From the NCBI GenBank assembly GCA_002269645.1, contig NIVC01000001.1, positions 2,108,001-2,172,000 of the forward strand: a stretch of 64,000 nt of DNA, in the 5' to 3' direction. Made by a program: the position numbers and the translations under genes. The DNA is from Macrostomum lignano. Its lineage: Eukaryota. Each line of letters opens with the position of its first letter. Positions within the stretch are counted from its first letter, which is position 1. Below, piece after piece: positions 12,024-24,700 of the stretch. The notes beneath the pieces are model-generated. The model did no database searches. It worked only from the letters and a program-made list of their open reading frames with translations, and was not told where the DNA came from.

Positions 12024-12785
12024 ATGCAGTACAGCAGCAGCAGCAATCAGCTAAAAATCATTGGCGCAGGTGTACTGAGAACAGGAACTGTAAGCACGGC
12101 AGCAGCACTTTCACATCTATTGTCAGGCAAATGCTATCACTTGCAATTACTGCCAAATGATGAAATGAACGCCACGTTATCTATTTGGCTGAAAGCTTGC
12201 AAACGCGGCAAGCTGCTGCGCGAAGAAGCAGAAGCGATCTATTCAGGCTACACAACTGCATTCGCTTCACCAACTTACGCATTCTACAAAGATCTCATGC
12301 AATTGTATCCCGAGGCGAAAGTTGTGCTCACGCTTCGCGATCCTCAGGTTTGGGCCAAAAGCTGGAGAGCAACTGGATTTGTTGCTTTGCGCTGCATGCA
12401 TGATGCTGAGCCTCTTGTGAGATGGTGGCTGCAGTTGGACACTTTTGAGCAAGTGCTCATGTATGCTCAAGGCTTGCAGTTTGGTGACGATTTTCTTGAA
12501 ATCGACGACGAGGAAATGGCTCGGAGATTCGAAGCGAGGAATGAGTCGGTTCGCAGATCAGTTCCACCTGAACGGTTGCTGGAGTTTCGTTGCTCTGACG
12601 GTTGGGAACCTCTGTGCAAGTTCCTGGGAGTTGGTGTGCCTGACTGTGAGTTCCCCAGACTCAATGATGCCCAGGAATATCATGAATTCTTGGCAAAGAT
12701 TGGAGTTGCCAATAATTTGTGCAAATGTGCTTATGTTGTGCTGGTGGTTGTTGTGGCTGTTTTATGTTGCCTATTGATTTATTGA
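12024..12785 (+). CDS. Sulfotransferase-family protein (Sulfotransfer_4 / schistosome SULT-like) with C-terminal membrane anchor, intronless CDS
   Basis: LKIIGAGVLRTGTVS (PAPS-binding P-loop), KCYHL, LYPEAKVVLTLRDPQVWAKS, VPPERLLEF...DGWEPLCKFLG..VP...FPRLN, hydrophobic C-terminus. First ATG at 12024 directly follows ttacag. Confidence 0.88.
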   Translation: MQYSSSSNQLKIIGAGVLRTGTVSTAAALSHLLSGKCYHLQLLPNDEMNATLSIWLKACKRGKLLREEAEAIYSGYTTAFASPTYAFYKDLMQLYPEAKVVLTLRDPQVWAKSWRATGFVALRCMHDAEPLVRWWLQLDTFEQVLMYAQGLQFGDDFLEIDDEEMARRFEARNESVRRSVPPERLLEFRCSDGWEPLCKFLGVGVPDCEFPRLNDAQEYHEFLAKIGVANNLCKCAYVVLVVVVAVLCCLLIY

Positions 12786-14538
12786 TCGATTTATTGGTTG
12801 GTTTTCGATCCAAGCAATCATTGATGATGATTCGGAGATTAAGAAATTCAGGTTGCAATAATTATCATGAAGCAGACTTATCTGATGAAGTATGATAGCA
12901 TGGCTATAGCCTTACTAAGTCTTTAAAAAGTCAGAGTAATGTATTACAGAGTGTAAAATTATTGAACAAAAAACGTATTTGTGTTTTATGTCAACTCGCA
13001 TCACAGTATAATTTAGTTGATTTATCTATAAATAAATGAATTTTAATAACTTTAAAATCGTATGTCGAGTTAACAATAAAATTCAATTGCAAACAACTTC
13101 ACTGGGGAAAACGTATCAATTTAAGGAAATGAAAATGGAATTTCAATGACGAAATCATGGCGTACCCCGAGACTGTGCGTGACCCAAAAAAGACTCAGAT
13201 TGAGTGACACTGAGTTCCCCAATAATTTGACAGAGTCAATCCAGCTTGTGCAGTGACAATTGTTGGAGGGGGTATTTAATTATTATAAACGATCTCACCG
13301 ATGTCACCAAGTTGTTGGAGGGGTAATTAAGCTAAGTGGGAACCTTACAATTGTCACCAAATTGTGGTAGAGCTCCAAAGTTATAAGTTTTATCCTAATA
13401 GCTGACACCAAGTTGTCGTGACGGTGAGTTTGCTATAATTCTAGAATTTCATAAAATCGGCTATTAGATTAGTTATGAACTACTAAAATACTGGGTCACG
13501 GAGTTAGGCCTATGGGCTTTCACGTAAGCACGGATTGCCCTGGTAGCGCGCAGTGCCCGAGCGGCAAGACACTGTTTAGCTAGGAAAAAGGAGGGGGGTG
13601 ACTAAGTCCTAAAGCAGCGTCCTCCAATGGATCGAGGTTGCCCGGTGAATTTCAGTTTCCTCTTACGGATTTGCTTTTGTCATATATGACTTCCCATTGG
13701 TAGTTCAATTCGAATATTTCTATTGGGATATTTCTCCCTCTCCAATTGGCTCTCTACGCCTTTACTGTTCGCGGTTCCGCTATTGGCTTTTAGACTGATC
13801 GTCTTGAGCTTTCGGTAATTTCTACCTGGCCAATGAGCATTCGCTCTTTATTCTTGGCAAATGAGGAAGGCTTTAGCAAAATTCGCTTATTCAGTTTGTT
13901 AGGCAGATAGCCTTGAACCAAAAACTCGGTTGCCTCTCTGGGCGCTGAATTCGCGTCTATTTATACTAACCAAAAAGGGGGGGAGGGGGGAGGAAGAGCG
14001 TATTCAAACAAATATCTACCAAAAATGCGGTCACTAAGAAAAACGGCGGGGATTCAAAATAAACCCTTTCTCACAATTGTTAGCTCTTACATTCTACGAG
14101 TACATTCAAGTCAGCTGGCAATTCTTCCTGCTGCTGATGTGGTGCAGTGATTTTAAATGAAAAGTTTGCAACTGAATTTTCCTCTTTTGCGAAAGTCTTA
14201 AGCTTTGAAGAAATTTATTAGCAAAACTTTTGAATTGCCGTTGACATTCCTCGCTTTTAGAATGTGATCAATCACGTCTGCTCCTTGTCTGCGATTTGAA
14301 TTTATAATTTGATTTTTTTGTCTTTCTTATATGGAACATTTATGGTCAGATTTTTAAATTGATTTTGTTTTAGCTAAATAAATTTTGAATTTAATTTTGA
14401 ATTATGCAAAATTGGTTGGTTCAGTTTGTATAGTTGACGTGTTATCTTATTTCTCACGAGGTGTTGTACTGCAGTGAGACTTTATGTGATGTAATCTGAT
14501 GTTGTTGCGTATATATTGCTAAAAATGAATGATCGAGG

Positions 14539-14848
14539 TGATAAATTCTACGGGTGTGCTCAAATTAGGTTGACAAGTAGATGAGTCCTCATTTAACTTA
14601 CGATTCGCATCGTATCACTCGGGAATAGCCATAAAGTGCTTGCGTGAATGAAGCTTGCGAGTGATATTTATATGTGGCTGCTGTTAGTATTCTTCGAGAT
14701 GTAAACTCGGCAGAAAGCTGTTTGAGCTACATGTACATTAGTCCTAGAAAAGACAAAGTGGCTAAAGCCAAGCGAGATATTATATACTTGATTCATGCAG
14801 TGTACTAACATGCGAGCTAGCGAATTGATGTTATAATTTACATTATCA
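14539..14848 (-). mobile_element. 3' LTR of the Ty3/Gypsy remnant (310 bp)
   Basis: TGATAA...TTATCA inverted termini, polypurine tract AGGGAGGGGG (minus strand) abutting at 14849-14858, TATAAATA-like box on the minus strand near 14670. Confidence 0.7.
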
Positions 14849-14899
14849 CCCCCTCCCTAATTTGAGGGTTGAAAAACAAAGGATAAAAATAATGCAGAT

Positions 14900-17570
14900 T
14901 TAACCATAAAGTATACTGTTCGATTGCAAACTGAGCAACAAAAAGTCATGCGGTCTCCGAGTCGTCTCAGGGATCGACGAGACGATGCCCAGCAGCCTTC
15001 GGCTCGTCCAGGTCTGCAAGCTTCGATCGTTGGCTGCGGCCGCCTGCGCATGAATGCCTTCAGCCCGTGGTTGTGCAGCATCGAGCTCCGCCTTCTGCCG
15101 GCGAGCTTTGGAGGTTTGGTAGGTGACGGGTGCCATCGAGCTTCTCGAAGACGCACGGTAGGGCCCCAGATGGAGCGCCTTGGACTCGCCTTTCCGCACC
15201 GCGCCGGGTTGCTGAGTGTCACCAGCTGGCCGACCTGGAACGGAGTCAATTAAGTGCTGGCGCCTGTCGTAATGCTACATGTAGCTAGCTGTTTCCGCGA
15301 ACGCTGAGGTTGACAGCAGCTAGGCGCTGCCACACGAGATACATATGTATGCAATCCAGTGTGTAGTAAGCGTTATAGCTACATGTACATGCATCATGCC
15401 CGTGATGGCGCGTCCCTCGCTGCTGCATGGCGGGCAGACTGAGCTCGGCGGGAACCCGAAGGTCGCGCCTGTGCAAGCACACTGCATACAGTACATGTAT
15501 GGTAATAGGTTGGTTTTGCTGTGCACCGACGAGTTGTACAATGTACGCCCAGATGAGATACGGCAACAGAAAGCCCCGCCCCCTTTGTGCTGCTCCATGG
15601 CCGCCAGCATGTCAACCGATTTTCGGTTGAACCGCTTGACCACTGGGTTGCCGCTTAGATGGAACAGGTTGTCCTTGTCTTGCGAATATCGAGCAGTTGG
15701 CACAGATCCTAAAAGACTTCAATCCACTTTCAAATTGATGATGATCGACCTTGGTCGGAATTGATTATTTCAGGCGAAGAACCACACTGCGCAGCAAATT
15801 GCCTCAGCCACCTTGCGAGCCTCGATGATTTGTCACCGCCGTCGCCTCGGCCCACTTTGAGAAAATGTCGGTGAAGCAGATTTTGTGCTTAATTGAAGCT
15901 AGCCTCGGTCGTAGGCAAGGGGCCCCTTAGCATCCACCTGTTCCATCTCACACGGAGCTGATGGTACGGCGTTGTCCTGCAGGTGGTGCTCTCTGGTGCT
16001 GATGTGGCACGTTACCGATTCTGACAAACTTCGCAGCTGTTTACCCAGTGCTGAGGAACATCATCCTTCAGGCCGGGTCACCATGCAGCAGCCGCTGTTG
16101 AGGACTCTGGCCAGTGTCCTGTCGGGTCCGAGGTGTCCGCTCGCCGGATCATCGTGCAGAAACCTCGATCAGAAGCTCCTGGCGGAGCTGAAATGGAATG
16201 ATTGACAGGCTGGCCGCTCTTTCTAATTATGACGCCGTCCTCGCCTATGTCCAGCTTCTCTGCCCTTAGCAGGTTCTCTGCATCCTATGCAGCATTTGCC
16301 TCGGCGGGACTTCTGTCCGATGGAGTAGCCGAATTGTGCCGCTGCCCGCACCGGTCGTCAGCCTGCGCCTCACTGATAACGTCGTCCGACCAGACAGGTG
16401 GCAGCCGAGTCACCGCTGCTCGGCTTAGCAAATCCGCCACCACGTTCTCATGACCGAGTCTGAAGAGCAGCTTAAAGTTAACCCCTTGCAGTTACGTAAT
16501 CCACCTGTATGGCGAGGTGGCCTTGTAATGGCTCGTGGTCGCTGAAAGGCGAGAAGTATAGTTTCGGAAGAATTGCCTAAACCATTGCAAAAAGCTATTC
16601 CGCTTCGACATTAATTATTCAGGACTACTAGCGACGCGTATGCTGCGGGACATTCAACGCCCTATTGCAGCTGGCTGCGAGGACGCATGCGATGGCCACG
16701 CCGCTGCTGTCACAGCACAGGCAGAATCCCTTGGCGAGAGTCCGGCAGCTTCAGCACTGGATGCGCCGAGAGCGCTGACTTCAGCTTCTGTAGCACTTCG
16801 CACTCCGTTGTCCACTGACGTCGAAACTGCCGCCCCTTCTGAGTCGCCTGATGAAGCGGATTTGTGATGCTGGCAAAGTATGGGACGAATCGCCTAGCAT
16901 ACCGACAAGCCGACGAACATCTTCGGCAATCAGGAGTTGAGATGAACTGGATGGCGCTGTTGCTTTTGTCCTGAGTGGGCTGAATCCCCTCGGCAGAGAT
17001 TTTGTGCCCCCAGGGTACTCTCTCATATTGAAAGGAGAAGCAGCTCAATTGCGCTTGTTCAGCTTGAGGCCTGTCGACTGCAGTCTTTCGAGGACGGCCG
17101 GTTCCAAGTAGGTTTGGGCGTGTTTTTTCTAACGTCTGGCTGAACCCAATCAGATTGTTCCATCGTGAGCACTTTAGTCAAGTTCAGGCCGGCCACATCG
17201 TTAGGTCATATCAGCCGCTGCTGAAAGGTCGCTGGAGCTTTACAGAGACCCAAATCCAAGCTTCCTAGCTGTACTGCACCACGCCCTGCGTAAAGTAAGA
17301 ATGCTGTTTTCTCTGGATCCTGCTGTTCGCGTAGCTAGACCTGGAGGAACCCTTGGCGGAGATTGAGGGTGCAGCACCAACTCATCCCGTGAGTTTGTCA
17401 AAAGTCCAGAGCAACAGACAAAAGGAGGGGCAGACAGAAAAGGCAATTAACCGATATGATACATCAAAGTCGCAGAAAGGAACTGGCGCTGGAGTTTTAC
17501 TTTCTGTTCGGCGCCACACTGCATGGAGGACTTTCAAGTTTTGTTGCGCCTGCATGATTAGGATGAAGTA
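14900..17570 (-). mobile_element. Decayed Ty3/Gypsy pol (RT, RNase H, integrase), with frameshifts and stops
   Basis: Minus-strand fragments in Gypsy order: DLRQGFLQV..EKTAF; LGLCKAPATFQ; VLERLQSTGLKLNK; GHKISAEGIQP..RRFVPYFASITNPL..LKSALSAHPVLKLPD; RNase H GHENVVADLLSR; integrase NSCEVCQ, GPLPTT, YNSSVHSKT; FQVGQLVTL..WGP. No gag or 5' LTR was found. Confidence 0.88.
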
Positions 17571-20500
17571 GTGTGAGGATTATGTGACAGCAAAAGACAT
17601 TAGGAAGATAGTGATGAGGACGCACTTTTTTTCCAAATTTCACGCTCGCACATGGGTTCCAAACTTGCTAGCCTACTAACAGCAGGCTATGGGTGTTTTT
17701 CTGCCTCTTTTGTAATTTTTCTAAAATTCATAATAACATAGGCGCGGTCTTTGCTTCTTTTGGGTCATAAATCATTGCGTCTGAGCTGGTCTGCCAGCCA
17801 CCTGCGCCTCACTCAATGCTCTGATGGTCTTAGATGGTCTGAGAGGATGCGGGCGGTGGCTTTTTTCTCATCATTTTGACAGGCCATCAAGATTTATGAG
17901 GTCAGGGCCTATTGTTCGTGTTGAAGCGTGTGACAGCTTTGACAGCTATGCGTTTTACCCCTAAAAGTACGTTGGGATTAGCGATTAGCGATTTCTCTTC
18001 ATTATCTTCACTTTCTACTTAATAAGAGCTTTCTAATGTATATTTTTTCATTAAATTTTGTCGCGAAAGGTCATAAATCATTAATTATGTAGCGATTTTG
18101 AGTGATTTATGACCGCACCTGTCGTATTTTTATGGCCCCGAGGGAACTGATAGGATCTCTTGGTCACGCGAGTTTGGGTGGCAACAAGCTCAGCCAATCA
18201 GAAAATTCGACGTCCGTTAGAACAAATCAGCTCAGCCAATCAGAATCGAGGTGTTCCATTATAACAAATTGCGGTCCAGTTGGCGGCTATTTAAACCAGA
18301 GTTTTTGGCCCGCTCGGACCCAACCCCATTGGAGCCCTCTCTGGAACTCCCTGCCCCGGGACTTTGGCCTAACTTGGACCTCCCGGAGCTCGACCGCCGT
18401 CTCTTGATCCCCGGATCGCGACTCCCCCCATCATTATCAAGGACGAATCCCCCGGTCGTCAGCAGCGAACATCAAGATTAAGAACATCACCTGCTAGCTA
18501 TCTGCGAAGATTGTGACATCAGCATCATCCCGGGCCTACAGCTGCGAAACACTAAGCCGATTCGGTCACTGTGGATTACCTGGTCTCCGGCTGTTGAGTT
18601 TCTGATTGTTTGGGTGAGAGACCACCTAGACTTGCTTGATTGGGTGATTCCTTACCTGTCCCCTATTTCAGTAGCTGGATTAGGCGCACACTTTTGCTTA
18701 TTTTGTTCAGCAGTGCTGTTATTGAGGCAGAAATCATTCAATAATACTGGTAGTAGTCCGAAACTTTCCAATTCAATCTGAAGTGTGAAGTGATTTAAGG
18801 AGAATGTTAAATCTGACAGTTATTTTTATCGGTTTTATTTCTTTGTTCGCCGATGGCTCAGATAAGTAGCTAAGCTAGTAGGCGCCGGTTACAGTGGACC
18901 AATGGCAAGGCGGTTTTCAGTCGATCAATCTATCAAAATCAGTGAGCAAAATTGCCAATAGTGCAAAATCGGCGCTAGAGATGTACTCTGTGCACTCTAG
19001 GTTCGCCAAGCGGCTCGGGTAATGAATCATGCGGTCTCTGATGTTCGAGTTAGCCTATCATCAGCGCTACAAGAGACTAATTGGCGCGTTGAAAGCCAAA
19101 AGTACATTCTTCGTATTTAGCTATGTAATAGTACATGTAGCTACTCCATAGTCTCGCCACTGCAAGAATCCCCTGCACAAGTCCCCTCTGTACCTGCATG
19201 GCCAATGCGATCAAGTCCCAGCAGTGTCCCTTATCAAGTTATCATCGACTACGACTTCGAGATTGACAGCAAAAAGACACTAGTTCGCAGGTAAGTGCTA
19301 AGCCCCCTCTAGTCGGAAGCCCGATTTCGAAAGTCCCGGTTTGGTGAGCCAGGACGCACGGGCTGGTGGCAGCGGGTTAGCTAATCTGCGGATTGGCTAA
19401 TCTCTACGTTCAAAATTCTCCCTGCTTGTCTCTCGCTGTCCCTCTCTTAGCTATAGGACCTAGACTGCTCGCCACACGATCAAGCTACCATGGGGTAGCT
19501 TGGCCCCCCACTCCATCTGACAGGAGTGGGGGGCCAGGACTTTAATTGATTTATTTCTGAGACCTGAGGCCCGAAGGCTTCCTACAAGGGGGCCGAAAGG
19601 TCGAAATCCATCAATAGTATGGGAAACACGATCGATATTATCATATGTCTATAAAAGCATGCTTGCAAGGTCCTCTAAAATTAAAGGAACCGGTGCACTG
19701 GAATCTCACTTTCGGATTAGTCCAGTTTTGTATCAACTGGTTTGCATTTACTGCCTATTTCGAAGTCATCTGGACTTTTCGTATATTTATTGAAAACACA
19801 GAAAATCAACATAATATCCTAATTTCCTAAACGAAGAGCTCGATCTATATGAGTACCTATCAATAGCTAGAGCTATAAGAAAGGAAAGACATATCAAAAT
19901 ATGAAATTTGGGTCTGCCTCCAATCAAATACAATAACATTTTTTTGCTGAAAGAAATGAAACTATGAAAGCCTCGATTAATTCTCCGTTAATGTATTGTA
20001 TTTTTCGGTAGGCCTCCTAAAATTTTCCAAGAAACGTAGTTTGCCGCCCTCCTTGTACTTGAACAAATCTGGGCGATTACTGGCGTAAAATGTAGTATTA
20101 CGATACTACATTTTTTGCATGGCATTGCATGGCATTTTTTTGCATTTTTGCATGGCATTTTCTTAGTGGCGCCATGAGAAATTCAATAAAAATTATTAGT
20201 TTACTGCTCAACGCTTTGCATTCGCACCTTTTAAAAAACCATTTAGTTCTCTTCTTATAGGCCTATCTGCCAACGTTACTGATTTTAACTTTACGTATCT
20301 TTTTTATTGATTTAAGTGATTTTGTGGAAAGCTCATTTTTTGTAAAGAAAAATTAAAATTGTGCATAAATATTAATATAGGATATATAAAAATATTAAAT
20401 ATACTAATATAGACCTTGTTCCATTGTAGCCAGGCTTATGGGATGGATATGGCTATGGGAAGTTATAGATAGGCCTATCTATAAGACTAGCTAGAGATAT

Positions 20501-21737
20501 GATTATCTATAAGACTGGCTAGAGGTTCTTTAACAAAAAATAGATGGGTGAATGAATGTGATTACAGGAATGCCTATTGGGAATATCTACTTTCATTTTC
20601 TTTATGTAATAATATTTTATTTGCAACTTAATAGCCTAACTAAGACCCAAGACTTAAAGAAGACTTAAAACAAGAATACAAATGTTTTTTTGCAAATGAA
20701 TAACTTTGTAATGCAATTTGAAGTAGGCTTATATAGAATAAAGATAAGCAAACAAATAATATAGCCTAATCTAGAAAAAAAAAGAAAATAAACTTTTTTA
20801 TTGAGAAAATAGAAAGATAGCCTATAGAAGGATAGCCTATGCCTAAGTTAAAAAAACTGACACTCATAGGCCAGGCCCATATAAAAAATAAGGAAAAGCT
20901 TAAAACACAACATATTAAACTATTAGGGCCTATTGGGCATAGAAATTAGTTAAGTATATATTTTTAGTATATGGAATAAAATAGTTATATTGGAAATTGA
21001 AAATATTTGACTTTGTAAAACTTCTTGTCAGACTTATATTTTTGTTCCTTCTTTTCGTCTTCAGTCATTGACATTGTCATTCATGTTAACAATCAATTTA
21101 TGGTTAACTCACAAAATTATTAATGCAAATTCATTAATCTGTTAGTGCAAAAAAATCTTAATGGCAATCCATTAATATTAATAAAAAATCTTAACGCTTA
21201 TTATTGCTTATTAATGGATTAATGCTTATTAATGAACTAGTGCCCAACACTAATTAAATATTATAAAAAATCTCATTGAAGTCTCTAAAATTGCTATGAT
21301 ATTTTGGTTATGGTTATGGTAGAATGGTAGAATTATGGTAGAATGGTTATGGTAGAATTTTGGTTATGGTAGAACTCTTAAAATGTATAAAAAAGACCAT
21401 CTTCTTTGTTATTTAATTAAGCTATTTATCTTTAAAATGCAAAGCTTAAATAAAATTTTACTAGCACAATTTGTCTATTTGATAAGTTTTATATTGGTCC
21501 TTCTTAGGCCTATAGAGTTTCATATTATACATTTAGGTTTACCTATTTTGTAAATATATAGTGAGATTATTTTAAAATGCTAGAACTTATATGTCCATTT
21601 GACATTTTTTAATTTAAACAAAAAGATATCTGCTTGCTATTACAAATGATCACATTTTTATAATAAAATTTTAATATAAATTTGTTTTTTTCAGCTATCT
21701 AGCTAGTCCTCTAAGGCCTATATGCATATAATCAAAA

Positions 21738-24700
21738 ATGGATTTGGAAAACATGGAAATGCAACCTGATTTAGATATTGTTAATACCAGTGATCTAATT
21801 TCTTCTAATAAAGAAAACATTGTAAGTGTATTGATATGTTTTATTATTTTATACATACAAATTACATTAGGTCATACTAAAGCAAGTGCAATGGGAATGA
21901 GTCTAATGCAGTTGGGTATATGCAGTGTGAATGAGTCTGATGTAGGTGGGTGCAGTGTGAATGAGTCTGATGCAGCTGGGTGCAGTGTGAATGAGTCTGA
22001 TGCAGCTGGGTGCAGTGTGAATGAGTCTGATGCAGCTGGGTGCAGTGTGAATGAGTCTGATGCAGCTGGGTGCAGCGTGAATGAGTCTGATGCAGCTGGG
22101 TGCAGCGGGAATGATTCTGATGCAGCTTGGTGCAGTGTGAATGAGTCTGATGCAGCTGGGTGCAGTGTGAATGAGTCTGATGCAGCTGGGTGCAGTGTGA
22201 ATGAGTCTGATGCAGCTGGGTGCAGTGTGAATGAGTCTGATGCAGCTGGGTGCAGTGTGAATGAGTCTGATGCAGCTGGGTGCAGTGTGAATGAGTCTGA
22301 TGCAGCTGGGTGCAGCGTGAATGATTCTGATGCAGCTGGGTGCAGCATGAATGAGTCTGATGCAGCTGGGTGCAGCGTGAATGAGTCTGATGCAGCTGGG
22401 TGCAGCGTGAATGAGTCTGATGCAGCTGGGTGCAGTGTGAATGAGTCTGATGCAGCTGGGTGCAGCGTGAATGAGTCTGATGCAGCTGGGTGCAGCGTGA
22501 ATGAGTCTGATGCAGCTGGGTGCAGCGTGAATGAGTCTGATGCAGCTGGGTGCAGTGTGAATGAGTCTGATGCAGCTGGGTGCAGCGTGAATGAGTCTGA
22601 TGCAGCTGGGTGCAGTGTGAATGAGTCTGATGCAGCTGGGTGCAGCGTGAATGAGTCTGAGTGAAGCTTATAGTTCTACCCTGGCCGCAGAAAACCTCAT
22701 TAGCAACTGGGCGCTGTTTAACGCAGTAAGAAACAACGAAACGATCCCACCGCATATTTTATTTAGCCTAGCAACGAGTCGCATGCTCCAGCTGAGCCCG
22801 AGGTCTCCGAGGCGCCACCAGGGCCCTCTCTGCCGGCCATGATAACTATTGAACCTCCGTCGCCTAGCATAGTCGAGATGAGCGACAATCCACTGCATGC
22901 AGAAGCCAACAGCACCAAGTCGGAGTCGGTGACCGAGGCGGCCGAAAATGCCCTCGCGGCGGCGTCGTCAACGCCGACTTTGACTGTACGCGAGCGGGTG
23001 CGCGAGTTCACTAGCCGAGCTGGCGGCGGCGACCAGCCCGATGGGAACAGCCTGTCTAGCAGTCACAGCAGCATTCGGGGCGCCGTAAGCGACCTTGTCT
23101 GAGTTATTACCTTTCGCTTCCCGCTTTTAAAGCCTAGTTATTTGAAATGGGCCATTAGAACCCCGTGTTCCTTTTAAGTCCTTAGCTAGTGGTTCTACCA
23201 CAAGCTCTATTCAATTCTACCGCCAGTGTCTCTTTGATCTATTCAATTCCACCGCCAGTGTCTCTTTGATCTATTCAATTCCACCGCCAGTGTCTCTTTG
23301 ATCTATTCAATTCTACTGCCAGTGTCTCTTTGATCTATTCAATTCTACCGCCAGTGTCTCTTTGATCTATTAAATTTCACCGCCAGTGTCTCTTTGATCT
23401 ATTCAATTCTACCGCCAGTGTCTCTTTGATCTATTTAATTCTACAGCCAGTGTCTCTTTGATCTATTCAATTCCACCGCCAGTGTCTCTTTGATCTATTC
23501 AATTCCACCGCCAGTGTCTCTTTGATCTATTCAATTCTACCGCCAGTGTCTCTTTGATCTATTCAATTCTACCGCCAGTGTCTCTTTGATCTATTCAATT
23601 CCACCGCCAGTGTCTCTTTGATCTATTCAATTCCACCGCCAGTGTCTCTTTAATCTATTCAATTCTACCGCCAATGTCTCTTTGATCTATTCAATTCTAC
23701 CGCCAGTGTCTCTTTGATCTATTAAATTTCACCGCCAGTGTCTCTTTGATCTATTCAATTCCACCGCCAGTGTCTCTTTGATCTATTCAATTCTACCGCC
23801 AGTGTCTCTTTGATCTATTCAATTCCACCGCCAGTGTCTCTTTGATCTATTCAATTCCACCGCCAGTGTCTCTTTGATCTATTCAATTCTACCGCCAATG
23901 TCTCTTTGATCTATTCAATTCTACCGCCAGTGTCTCTTTGATCTATTAAATTTCACCGCCAGTGTCTCTTTGATCTATTCAATTCCACCGCCAGTGTCTC
24001 TTTGATCTATTCAATTCCACCGCCAGTGTCTCTTTGATCTATTTAATTCTACAGCCAGTGTCTCTTTGATCTATTCAATTCCACCGCCAGTGTCTCTTTG
24101 ATCTATTAAATTTCACCGCCAGTGTCTCTTTGATCTATTCAATTCTACCGCCAGTGTCTCTTTGATCTATTTAATTCTACCGCCAGTGTCTCTTTGATCT
24201 ATTTAATTCTACAGCCAGTGTCTCTTTGATCTATTCAATTCCACCGCCAGTGTCTCTTTGATCTATTAAATTTCACCGCCAGTGTCTCTTTGATCTATTC
24301 AATTCTACCGCCAGTGTCTCTTTGATCTATTTAATTCTACCGCCAGTGTCTCTTTGATCTATTTAATTCTACAGCCAGTGTCTCTTTGATCTATTTAATT
24401 CCACCGCCAGTGTCTCTTTGATCTATTCAATTCTACCGCCAGTGTCTCTTTGATCTATTCAATTCTACCGCCAGTGTCTCTTTGATCTATTTAATTCTAC
24501 CACCAGTGTCTCTGATCTATTTAATTTTACCGACAGTGTCTCTGATCTACTCGGTATTTCCTCTAGCTATTTTATTTCGAATTTCCCTATCAGAATCGTA
24601 TTAATTGTAATCCGCTTCGCAAACTCAGCGCATATGGTCGAGTAATGACATAATTTATGAGACACCGGCACCAGCTTCAGCTACAAAGCTAATTGTAAGT

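Noticed and set aside
13140-14100. CCAAT-rich, promoter-like non-coding region
   Set aside because: No associated exon, ORF or element boundary could be identified.
23205-24548. 32-bp direct repeats of CRISPR-like length
   Set aside because: Units are contiguous with no unique spacers, there are no cas genes, and the array sits in a eukaryotic intron.
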